Positions 7,594 through 15,460 of a stretch of DNA of 32,000 nucleotides are shown here, piece after piece. Within the stretch, counting starts at the first letter, position 1; each line of letters starts with the position of its first letter. This DNA comes from Geobacter sulfurreducens PCA (GTDB lineage: Bacteria; Desulfobacterota; Desulfuromonadia; Geobacterales; Geobacteraceae): contig NC_002939.5 in assembly GCF_000007985.2 (NCBI RefSeq), positions 330,001 to 362,000 of the forward strand, written 5' to 3'. A program made the translations under genes and the position numbers. The notes beneath the pieces are model-generated. The model searched no databases and was not told the origin of the DNA. It was given only the letters and a program-made list of their open reading frames with translations.

Positions 7594-8358
7594 ATGTGTA
7601 CCACCTGCGGTTGCGAAACAGGCTCTCACCATCATCACCATGAACACGGCCATGGGCACAGTCACAGCCACGGCCACACCCACGACGACGAGCGCGAGTC
7701 GCGAAAGATCGCGGTGGAAACCGACATCCTCTCACGTAATAATCGCTTTGCCGCCGACAATCGGGCGCTTTTTGCGAAAAAGGGAGTGTTTGTCCTCAAT
7801 CTTGTGAGTTCGCCGGGCTCCGGCAAGACAACCACCCTTGAGCGGACCCTTGGAGATCTGTCGGACAGGTATCGTTGCGCCGTCATCGAAGGGGATCAGC
7901 AGACCGACAACGACGCGCAACGCATTGCCGCTACCGGCGTGCCGGCCCGGCAGATCAACACCGGCGCCGGCTGCCATCTCGATGCCCACATGGTTGGACA
8001 TGCCGCCGAGGAGTTCGATCTGGACGCGTTGGATCTCCTTCTCGTCGAAAACGTGGGTAATTTGGTCTGCCCCGCTTCCTTTGATCTGGGAGAGCATCAC
8101 AAAGTGGTGGTCCTGTCGGTTACCGAGGGAGAGGACAAACCCCTCAAGTATCCGAATATGTTCCACGCGGCAGACGTTATGCTGCTCAACAAGATCGACC
8201 TGCTCCCCTACGTGGATTTCGATGTCGAGAAATGCCTGGAGATGGCCAGGCGGGTGAGCCCTGGGATTACGATCTTTCAGGTTTCGAGCCGGACCGGCGA
8301 GGGGATGGATGCTTGGTATGCATGGCTGGCCGACCGCATTGCGGCGGTGAAGGGGTAG
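7594..8358 (+). CDS. hypB: Hydrogenase nickel-incorporation GTPase HypB
   Basis: MCTTCGC N-terminal high-affinity Ni motif (as at the E. coli HypB N-terminus), His-rich tract HHHHHEHGHGHSHSHGHTH, and P-loop SSPGSGKTT. In-frame ATGs at 7561 and 7570 are also possible, but only ATG 7594 has an upstream SD (AGGAGG 7577-7582). Confidence 0.9.
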   Translation: MCTTCGCETGSHHHHHEHGHGHSHSHGHTHDDERESRKIAVETDILSRNNRFAADNRALFAKKGVFVLNLVSSPGSGKTTTLERTLGDLSDRYRCAVIEGDQQTDNDAQRIAATGVPARQINTGAGCHLDAHMVGHAAEEFDLDALDLLLVENVGNLVCPASFDLGEHHKVVVLSVTEGEDKPLKYPNMFHAADVMLLNKIDLLPYVDFDVEKCLEMARRVSPGITIFQVSSRTGEGMDAWYAWLADRIAAVKG

Positions 8359-8373
8359 GTCGGGAATTCGGCC

Positions 8374-10665
8374 GTGGTGCTCAGGCTCAGGATAGCCGTT
8401 GAGGGCATTGTCCAGGGCGTCGGGTTCCGCCCCTTCATCTTCAGGCTGGCTGCCCATCACGGTATCGTCGGATGGGTCATGAACAGCGGCGCCGGTGTCG
8501 TCATGGAAGCTGAAGGTGATGCCGGCGCCCTCGCTGCCTTTCGCTCCGCCATTGTGAGTGATGCCCCCCCCCTGGCGGTCATTGCCCGAATCGCCATTGA
8601 GGAAATTGCACCCCAGGGGGATGGCTCTTTTGTCATCGGCGAGAGCGGCGAGGGAGCGGGTACGGTGCGGGTGGCCCCCGACGGCGATGTCTGTCCAGAC
8701 TGCCTTCGGGAACTCTTTGACCCGTCGGACCGGCGCTACCGCTATCCGTTCATCAACTGCACCAACTGTGGGCCTCGCTATTCCCTCGTCACTGCTGTCC
8801 CCTACGACCGGTCCAATACTACCATGGCGCGCTTTCCCCTGTGCGATGCCTGTCGGTCCGAGTACGAAGATCCGATGGATCGCAGATTCCATGCCCAGCC
8901 CGTAGCCTGCCCCGACTGCGGCCCGACGCTGAGGCTGGTGGATGCCTCGGGTGCCGGTCTGCCGGGGGACCCCGTCGACCAAACCGTGGAGCTTCTGACC
9001 GAAGGCAAGATCGTCGCGATCAAGGGGCTCGGCGGTTATCACCTGGCGGTGGACGCCGCCAACGACGCCGCCGTGGCGGAACTGCGACGACGCAAGCACC
9101 GGGATGAAAAGCCCTTCGCCGTGATGGCGCGGGATATGGAAGCCGTGGCGCGGTTTGCCTTGGTCGACTCCGTGGAGGCGCGGCTTCTGACCGGGCCCGA
9201 GCATCCCATAGTGTTGCTGCGCAAACGGCCAAGTACCATCCTCTCCGGTCGAGTGGCCCCTGCCAACGGCTATATCGGGACCATGCTCCCCTATACGCCG
9301 CTGCACCACCTGCTGCTCGAGGAGCGGTTCGCTGCTCTCGTCATGACAAGCGGCAACCTGTCGGACGAACCCATTTCCTACCGGGATGATGAGGCGGTTG
9401 AGCGGCTTTCGGCGATCGCCGATGCATTTCTGGTCCACGACCGGGAGATTCGGACCCGCATCGATGATTCCGTCATCCGGGTATTCAGGGGAAGCCCCCT
9501 CTTTTTGCGCCGCTCCCGCGGCTATGTTCCCCGCGAGGTACGGTTGCCCGTGGAGATTCCGCCCGTTCTTGCCGTAGGCGCCGAGCTCAAGGGCGCCCTG
9601 TGCCTCACTCGGGGAGACCGGGCGTTCCCGAGCCAGCACATCGGTGACCTCAAGAACGACACAACCCTGACGTCTCTGGCGGCAACGGCGGAACACCTGC
9701 AGGCGCTCCTGGAGATCAGGCCCCAGTTGGTGGCCCACGACCTCCATCCCGACTATCTTTCCACGGGCTACGCCGAGGGGATTGCCGGGCTCCCCCGGGT
9801 GGCGGTCCAGCATCATCACGCTCATCTCGCCTCTTGTATGGCCGACAACGGTCTTGACGGCAGCGTCATCGGCGTCATCTTCGACGGCACCGGCCTCGGG
9901 ACCGACGGGACCGTCTGGGGGGGCGAGTTCCTCGTGGGCGGATATGACGGATTCCGCCGGGCCGCCCACTTCCGGCAGGTACCCCTGCCGGGTGGAGACG
10001 CGGCTGTGAGGGAGCCGTATCGCATGGCGCTCGCTTACCTGCACGATGCCTTTGGTGCCGATTTCTTTGAGCAGCCGGTCCCCTGGCTGACCGAGGTAGG
10101 GGATGAGGATCGCTCGCTGTTTCTGCGCATGCTGGAGCGCCGGATAAACTCTCCCCTGACCTCCAGCTGTGGCAGGCTCTTCGATGCCGTGGCCGCCATG
10201 GTGGGGCTGCGGCGCACGGTGAGCTACGAGGGGCAGGCGGCCATCGAGCTGGAAGGGCAGGCGGAAGAGTCCGCCACGGGACGGGCCTATCCCTTTGCCG
10301 TGCTGAGTCGGCAGGGTGCCATCGAAGTGGACTACCGGCTCATGATCCGGGCACTGATGGAGGATCTTGCCGTGCAGGTCTCCCTCCCGGAGATGGCCCG
10401 GGCGTTCCACAACACGGTTGCGGCCTCTGTTGTCGACGTCTGCCGCAAGGTACGGAGCGAGACCGGCCTCGACCGGATCGTCCTCTCGGGAGGAGTCTTT
10501 CAGAACCGGCTCCTCTGCGAGGAGTCGTGCCGGCTGCTTGAGGCAGAAGGGTTCCGGGTGTTTACCCACCGTCTCGTTCCTCCCAATGACGGAGGCGTGG
10601 CGCTGGGACAGGCCGTGATTGCAGGGGTGGCCCACCGTGTCCCCCGGAGTGATAAAGGAGAATAA
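8374..10665 (+). CDS. hypF: Carbamoyltransferase HypF
   Basis: GTG start, 763 aa. Acylphosphatase domain (VQGVGFRPF), two zinc-finger pairs (CPDC...CTNCGPRYS; CDAC...CPDCGP), YrdC-like segment (KGLGGYHLAVDA) and a Kae1-like C-terminal domain. Confidence 0.95.
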   Translation: MVLRLRIAVEGIVQGVGFRPFIFRLAAHHGIVGWVMNSGAGVVMEAEGDAGALAAFRSAIVSDAPPLAVIARIAIEEIAPQGDGSFVIGESGEGAGTVRVAPDGDVCPDCLRELFDPSDRRYRYPFINCTNCGPRYSLVTAVPYDRSNTTMARFPLCDACRSEYEDPMDRRFHAQPVACPDCGPTLRLVDASGAGLPGDPVDQTVELLTEGKIVAIKGLGGYHLAVDAANDAAVAELRRRKHRDEKPFAVMARDMEAVARFALVDSVEARLLTGPEHPIVLLRKRPSTILSGRVAPANGYIGTMLPYTPLHHLLLEERFAALVMTSGNLSDEPISYRDDEAVERLSAIADAFLVHDREIRTRIDDSVIRVFRGSPLFLRRSRGYVPREVRLPVEIPPVLAVGAELKGALCLTRGDRAFPSQHIGDLKNDTTLTSLAATAEHLQALLEIRPQLVAHDLHPDYLSTGYAEGIAGLPRVAVQHHHAHLASCMADNGLDGSVIGVIFDGTGLGTDGTVWGGEFLVGGYDGFRRAAHFRQVPLPGGDAAVREPYRMALAYLHDAFGADFFEQPVPWLTEVGDEDRSLFLRMLERRINSPLTSSCGRLFDAVAAMVGLRRTVSYEGQAAIELEGQAEESATGRAYPFAVLSRQGAIEVDYRLMIRALMEDLAVQVSLPEMARAFHNTVAASVVDVCRKVRSETGLDRIVLSGGVFQNRLLCEESCRLLEAEGFRVFTHRLVPPNDGGVALGQAVIAGVAHRVPRSDKGE

Positions 10666-10671
10666 CTAACC

Positions 10672-10902
10672 ATGTGTCTTGGTGTGCCCATGCAGGTCGT
10701 CGCTGTCGGTGAGGGTGAGGTTGTGGCGGAAATAGACGGCGTCAGGAAAGAAGCCAGCCTCATGCTGTTGGACGAAGAGGTGCGGGTAGGGGATTTCGTC
10801 ATCGTTCACGCCGGGTTCGCCATCTCCAAGCTCGACGAGGAGGATGCGCAGGAAACCCTTCGGCTGATGAGGGAAGTATTCCGCCCGGAGGATATGGCCT
10901 GA
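10672..10902 (+). CDS. hypC: Hydrogenase assembly chaperone HypC
   Basis: 76 aa beginning MCLGVPMQVV, the invariant N-terminal Cys motif of HypC/HupF. Confidence 0.95.
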   Translation: MCLGVPMQVVAVGEGEVVAEIDGVRKEASLMLLDEEVRVGDFVIVHAGFAISKLDEEDAQETLRLMREVFRPEDMA

Positions 10903-11993
10903 TGAATTACCAGGACGAGTTTCGCGATCGGGCCCTGGTGCAGGGGTATGCGCAGCGCATCGCCCGGTTGGTGGAGGGACGCACGGACGTCATGACCTTC
11001 ATGGAGGTCTGCGGCACCCACACCATGTCGATCTACCAGTACGGCCTCCGCAGCCTCCTGCCGCCCCAGGTGCGGCTCATCTCCGGCCCGGGCTGCCCCG
11101 TCTGCGTGACCCCCAACGAATACCTGGACCGGGCCGTGGCCCTCTGCCGTCTCCCCGGTGTCATCGTCGCCACCTTCGGCGACATGGTCCGGGTGCCGGG
11201 CTCCTCCTCGTCGCTCCAAGAGGAGCGGGCCATGGGGGCAGACGTGCGCATCGTCTATTCCCCGCTCGACGCCGTTGCCCTGGCGGCGGCGAATCCGGAC
11301 CGGAAAGTGGTTTTTCTCGGGGTTGGTTTCGAAACCACGGCTCCGGCCATCGGCGGAAGCATTCTCGCGGCCCGGAAGCAGGGGCTTGCCAACTACTTCG
11401 TCCTGGCTGCCCACAAGACCATGCCGATCCCCATGCGTGTTCTGGCCAATGACCCCGAGCTCGGCATCGACGGCTACCTGTGCCCGGCCCACGTCAGCAC
11501 TATAATCGGTGCCGACGCGTACCGCTTCCTTCCCGAGGAGTTCGGCATCCCCTGTGTGGTAACGGGCTTCGAGCCGGTCGACGTCATGCAGGGGGTGGAG
11601 ATGCTTGTCCGCCAGGTCGTGGAGGGAAAGCCCCGGGTCGAGATCCAGTACAGCCGTGTGGCCACCTGGGAGGGGAACCGCAAGGCCCTGGACGTACTCG
11701 CCCAGGTATTCACTCCCTTTGACGCACCCTGGCGGGGGATCGGCATCATTCCGGGAAGTGGCCTCCGGATCGCCGATGCCTACGCCGCCTTCGACGCCGA
11801 GCGGGAGATCGCGGTGGAGGTCGAAGAGACCAAAGAGCACCAGGGGTGTCTCTGCGGGGAGATCCTCAAGGGGAAAGTGACACCCTTCGACTGTCCCCTG
11901 TTTGCCAACGCCTGCACCCCCGAGTCGCCCGTGGGCGCCTGCATGGTTTCCAGCGAGGGGACCTGCGCGGCGGCCTACAAGTACGGGCAATAA
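10902..11993 (+). CDS. hypD: Hydrogenase maturation Fe-S protein HypD
   Basis: 363 aa. Motifs EVCGTHT, GPGCPVCV and a C-terminal Cys cluster (CLCGEILKG...CPLF). Its ATG overlaps the hypC TGA by 1 nt (TGATG). Confidence 0.95.
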   Translation: MNYQDEFRDRALVQGYAQRIARLVEGRTDVMTFMEVCGTHTMSIYQYGLRSLLPPQVRLISGPGCPVCVTPNEYLDRAVALCRLPGVIVATFGDMVRVPGSSSSLQEERAMGADVRIVYSPLDAVALAAANPDRKVVFLGVGFETTAPAIGGSILAARKQGLANYFVLAAHKTMPIPMRVLANDPELGIDGYLCPAHVSTIIGADAYRFLPEEFGIPCVVTGFEPVDVMQGVEMLVRQVVEGKPRVEIQYSRVATWEGNRKALDVLAQVFTPFDAPWRGIGIIPGSGLRIADAYAAFDAEREIAVEVEETKEHQGCLCGEILKGKVTPFDCPLFANACTPESPVGACMVSSEGTCAAAYKYGQ

Positions 11994-12013
11994 TTCAACA
12001 ACCGGAGAACCCT

Positions 12014-13027
12014 GTGAACAAGGAACTCATTCTGCTCGGTCACGGCAGTGGCGGAAAGCTATCCCACCAACTCCTGGACGACCTCATCATCCCCACTCTG
12101 TCGGGGATATCCCTGGCGGGTCAGAACGACGCGGCCCTGGTGGATGCCGACGGCCGCAGGCTGGCATTCACCACCGATTCCTACGTTGTTGACCCCGTCT
12201 TTTTCCCGGGCGGCAATATCGGAACCCTGGCGGTCAACGGGACCGTCAATGACCTGGCCATGATGGGCGCGCGTCCCCTGTTCCTGAGTGCCGGCCTCAT
12301 CATCGAGGAGGGATTCAGCAGGAACGACCTCGGGACCATCCTTGCGTCCATGCGCCAGGCTGCCGATGCCGCCGGGGTAAGGATCGTCACCGGCGACACC
12401 AAGGTCGTCCCCCGGGGCAAGGCCGACCGGATCTTCATCAATACGTCGGGCATCGGACTGGTGGAGCACGACTTCACCATCTCCGGCGCCTGTGCCCGCC
12501 CCGGCGACCGGATCATCATCAATGGCACCGTGGGGGACCACGGCATTGCTGTCATGGCGAAGCGGGAGGGGCTTGAGCTCCTGACCGACATCGTCAGCGA
12601 CTGTGCCCCTCTCAACGGGCTGGTGGCCGACATCATCGCCGAGGGCGGCGGGGATGTTCATGTTCTGCGCGACCCAACCCGGGGAGGGGTCGCCACCACT
12701 CTCAAGGAGATAGCCCTCCAGTCCGATGTTACGATCATGATCCGCGAGGAAGCCATCCCCTTGGCCGGGCCAGTGAAGGGGGTTTGTGCCATCCTGGGTC
12801 TCGATCCCCTTTACGTGGCCAACGAGGGCAAACTTCTCGTTGCCGTGGCCCCGTCGGCCGCCGAGCGGGTTCTGGCGCGCATGAAGACGCATCCCTGCGG
12901 AGGGGCTGCCGCGATCATCGGTGAAGTCACCGATGCGGGCGGGGGAAAGCTCCGGCTGGAGACATCGGTCGGGGGCGTAAGGGCAGTGGAGATGCTTGCG
13001 GGCGAGCAGTTGCCGCGCATTTGCTGA
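12014..13027 (+). CDS. hypE: Hydrogenase maturation carbamoyl dehydratase HypE
   Basis: GTG 12014 preceded by GGAGAA. The protein starts VNKELILLGHGSGGKLS (compare E. coli ...LAHGSGG), has an AIR-synthase-like fold and ends in the conserved PRIC. The upstream in-frame part of ORF 11846 overlaps hypD and is discounted. Confidence 0.9.
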   Translation: MNKELILLGHGSGGKLSHQLLDDLIIPTLSGISLAGQNDAALVDADGRRLAFTTDSYVVDPVFFPGGNIGTLAVNGTVNDLAMMGARPLFLSAGLIIEEGFSRNDLGTILASMRQAADAAGVRIVTGDTKVVPRGKADRIFINTSGIGLVEHDFTISGACARPGDRIIINGTVGDHGIAVMAKREGLELLTDIVSDCAPLNGLVADIIAEGGGDVHVLRDPTRGGVATTLKEIALQSDVTIMIREEAIPLAGPVKGVCAILGLDPLYVANEGKLLVAVAPSAAERVLARMKTHPCGGAAAIIGEVTDAGGGKLRLETSVGGVRAVEMLAGEQLPRIC

Positions 13028-13033
13028 CGGCAC

Positions 13034-13054
13034 GGGCCGGCTGGCAGCCGGCCT
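13034..13054 (+). other. GC-rich hairpin just after the hypE stop (no U-tract)
   Basis: GGGCCGGC (13034-13041), loop TGGCA, GCCGGCCT (13047-13054): 7 GC pairs plus one G-U. It is followed by CTCTGTCC, so it is not a canonical intrinsic terminator. Confidence 0.3.
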
Positions 13055-13113
13055 CTGTCCGATGACGACAGGCGCACCCTGAGCGCCGGAATTTGCCGGA
13101 GGTAACGGTCACC

Positions 13114-13968
13114 ATGGATAACCGCCAACCACGCCCGACCGGAGTAGATGAGCCGGTAACCCTCATGCTCGTGGGAGGGGGAATTCGCTGCTATGCTTTC
13201 ATCGGCGCTCTGCGGGCCGTGGAGGAGATCGGCGTTCCCATCGGCAGGATCATCGGAGCGTCCACGGGCAGCATCATCGCCGCCCTGTATGCCGCGGGCA
13301 TGCCGACCGCCGATTTGAAGCGGCTTGCCCTCGAAACCGACACGGAGTTGTTTCGTGACTTCTCTCCGCGCGGAGTCTTCTCCGGCATGGGGATCTGCCG
13401 GGGCGATGCGCTTGAGCGGTGGCTCGACGAGCGGCTGGGCGGCGTTTGTCTGGCAGATTTGCGCCGCAGCCCGCTTGCTGTCATTACCACGGATATCCTC
13501 AACCACGCTCCTTTCGTCCTTTCGGCCGACAATGCGCCCCGGTTGAAGGTCTCCGCCGCGGTCCGCTTCTCCGCGGCCATTCCCTTTATCTTTGCCTGGA
13601 AGAAATTCGTCGTGCGCGGCAAGGAGCACGTGCTCATCGACGGCACCCTCATGGCGAGCGTGATCGAGAGCCAGTGTGCCGAAGCGGGCAAGACCCTCGT
13701 CCTGCGGACCTTCTCCAAAAGAAGCATGAACCACCATTCCTCCTCCGTCATGACCCTGCGCCGCTACGCGGGCGACCTCCTGAACATCTTCTTTCACTCC
13801 ATGGATCGGGAGTTTCTCAAGGGGGCCCGCTGGAAGGACACCATCACCATCCATTGTGGCATGGTGCCTTCTCTCTCGTTTTCCGTTACGGCGGACGAGC
13901 GGGAATTTCTGATGGAACAGGGCTATCAGCAGACCGCCAAATATCTTCGGTACAAGTGGGGGCTGTGA
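13114..13968 (+). CDS. Patatin-like phospholipase
   Basis: Oxyanion motif VGGGIRC, nucleophile elbow GASTG (GxSxG) and catalytic Asp in IDGT. The ORF opens at TTG 13093; ATG 13114 is preferred (GGAGG at 13098-13102). Confidence 0.85.
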   Translation: MDNRQPRPTGVDEPVTLMLVGGGIRCYAFIGALRAVEEIGVPIGRIIGASTGSIIAALYAAGMPTADLKRLALETDTELFRDFSPRGVFSGMGICRGDALERWLDERLGGVCLADLRRSPLAVITTDILNHAPFVLSADNAPRLKVSAAVRFSAAIPFIFAWKKFVVRGKEHVLIDGTLMASVIESQCAEAGKTLVLRTFSKRSMNHHSSSVMTLRRYAGDLLNIFFHSMDREFLKGARWKDTITIHCGMVPSLSFSVTADEREFLMEQGYQQTAKYLRYKWGL

Positions 13969-13989
13969 GAAGCATCTCCGGCTTTTTTT
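13968..13989 (+). terminator. Weak terminator-like hairpin with a T7 run after the patatin gene
   Basis: AGAAGC (13968-13973), 7-nt loop, GCTTTT (13981-13986), within a run of seven T (13983-13989). The stem is AU-rich with one G-U, so this is a weak call. Confidence 0.25.
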
Positions 13990-14010
13990 CTGTCTAACCC
14001 CCTGATGTTC

Positions 14011-14019
14011 TGCTAGTAT
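14011..14019 (+). promoter_or_regulatory. Candidate extended -10 promoter element upstream of the PilZ gene
   Basis: TGcTAGTAT (14011-14019). There is no convincing -35 element. Confidence 0.2.
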
Positions 14020-14146
14020 GGCGACAATGTATGCTGTATACGCGTGGCCGGGCACCGGCAGCGGAGTAATGTCCTAAAGTTTTGCCCGGAATGGACGATA
14101 TGGTTGACAGTGACAACCAGTTTCGGCAGGCAGGCGGAGGAGTAAG

Positions 14147-14506
14147 GTGGAAAAGAGAAAGTTCGAGCGGATCGATTTCAGGAGCGAGGCGATAATCCGG
14201 CACAATGGAACGAGCTTCAGGGCGGAAGTGGAAAACGTGAGCCTCAAGGGCCTCTTTGTGCGTACAGACCAGAAAATTCCCATCAACGAGCAGGTTGATG
14301 TCTCCATGTTTTTCTTCGGATCGTCCGCGGAGCTCTCGTTCAGCCTTGAGGCGAGCGTGGTACGGATAACCGACGACGGCATCGGCCTCAACTTCCGAAA
14401 GATCGACATGGACTCCCTGGTTCACTCGGATACGGCGGTTACGACAACCGGCGCTGATCGCCAAGGCGTAATCGAAGAATTTTACGGTTTCATCGAAAAG
14501 GACTAG
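14147..14506 (+). CDS. PilZ-domain protein (c-di-GMP receptor type)
   Basis: GTG start with SD GGAGGAG at 14136-14142, 119 aa. Both PilZ signatures are intact: RxxxR (RKFER) and D/NxSxxG (NVSLKG). Confidence 0.85.
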   Translation: MEKRKFERIDFRSEAIIRHNGTSFRAEVENVSLKGLFVRTDQKIPINEQVDVSMFFFGSSAELSFSLEASVVRITDDGIGLNFRKIDMDSLVHSDTAVTTTGADRQGVIEEFYGFIEKD

Positions 14507-14581
14507 CGAACGGCTCTTCGAATTCCTGTCCCATTGCGTTCTCTGCCGTCGCGTGGTTACGCCTCGCGGCACTGATTCCCC

Positions 14582-15349
14582 ATGGACGATCTCCGCGACT
14601 GCTACGGGTTGCTCGGTCTCAGCCCCGGCGCTTCCGCCGACGAGGCGAAGCGTGCCTTTCGCGCAGCCGTTTCCGCCTGCCATCCCGATCGTTTTGTCAA
14701 TGACCCGGTGCGCCGCCGCAATGCAGAAGAGCGGCTGCGCCTGATCATCGAGGCTTATCACCGGATCGATGCCTGCCGTAAGCTCGGGCCTGATATGTCG
14801 GCCAGCGCACATGCAGGACTGCAATCCGGGACCTGGTCGGCGGGTCGAAGCCCCGGATTCCCCTTCTCCTCACTCGTCACGTTTCCCAACGGGCTCTTCC
14901 TCCTGCTCTGCGGCGTCTGCGCCGTCCGCTTCACTCATCTCTACGGGGCCACGGCAAGTGCTGCTCTGGCGGCACTGGAGCTGCTGCTGGTCCCGCTGTT
15001 CTTCGGGGTTGCCCACAATCTGATCATCCCGGCGAACCGGCTGGTGCGGAACCTTTACGGCGCATTCACCGTCTGCTTTCTTCTGGTCGTTATTGCCGGC
15101 ACAGTTACCGCGCGACACGACAACAGTCTTCCGCTCCCTGCTTCATTTGAATACTCCGACGGGGCCCCTGCTTCCTCAGTGCTCTGGCCCGCTACGAGCC
15201 ATGATCGCCCGGCAGAGCCCACCGATGGGCCGGCTGCGGACACCCCTCTGTATCGACAGGGTGTCCGACCTCCCCACTCTCCCGATGCCCCGGTCGTCCC
15301 TCTTGCCCCTGCGGCTCCTGCTGCACCCCTCGTGCCGCCGGCCCGGTGA
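14582..15349 (+). CDS. J-domain (DnaJ-like) membrane protein with a Pro/Ala-rich C-terminal tail
   Basis: N-terminal J domain CYGLLGLSPGASADEAKRAFRAAVSACHPDRF with the HPD tripeptide. About three hydrophobic helices follow (LFLLLCGVCAV, ALAALELLLVPLFFGV, FTVCFLLVVIAGTV). The tail is PDAPVVPLAPAAPAAPLVPPA. Confidence 0.8.
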   Translation: MDDLRDCYGLLGLSPGASADEAKRAFRAAVSACHPDRFVNDPVRRRNAEERLRLIIEAYHRIDACRKLGPDMSASAHAGLQSGTWSAGRSPGFPFSSLVTFPNGLFLLLCGVCAVRFTHLYGATASAALAALELLLVPLFFGVAHNLIIPANRLVRNLYGAFTVCFLLVVIAGTVTARHDNSLPLPASFEYSDGAPASSVLWPATSHDRPAEPTDGPAADTPLYRQGVRPPHSPDAPVVPLAPAAPAAPLVPPAR

Positions 15350-15460
15350 GGAATGCCTGTCCGGGGCGTCCGTAAAGGCGGTCGGGAATGATTGCATTTG
15401 ATTTCAGCGGGACGCCGGCGATGGGGGGTACGCCGGGGCCTCCCCGACATGGAGGGACCT

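Noticed and set aside
7073-7683. Short ORFs in the pepN-hypB spacer (7073-7321 +, 7129-7338 +, 7363-7683 -, 7440-7643 +)
   Set aside because: They have no SD and an odd composition. They overlap the terminator hairpin and the structured-RNA helices, or the hypB start. The region is better explained as an RNA gene plus divergent promoters.
7732-10635. 967-aa minus-strand ORF, the longest in the track
   Set aside because: It lies entirely antisense to hypB and hypF, which have unmistakable motifs. Its translation is low-complexity and Arg/Gly/Pro/His-rich with no recognisable domain. This is the usual stop-codon-poor antisense frame of a GC-rich gene.
991-14055. Other long antisense or overlapping ORFs (e.g. 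991-1854 -, 381-1169 -, 3765-4367 -, 6350-7051 +, 10806-11990 -, 12059-13033 -, 12811-14055 -, 13994-14824 -)
   Set aside because: Each is fully shadowed by a confidently identified gene on the other strand or in another frame. All show Arg/Pro/Gly-rich low-complexity translations with no SD or start context.
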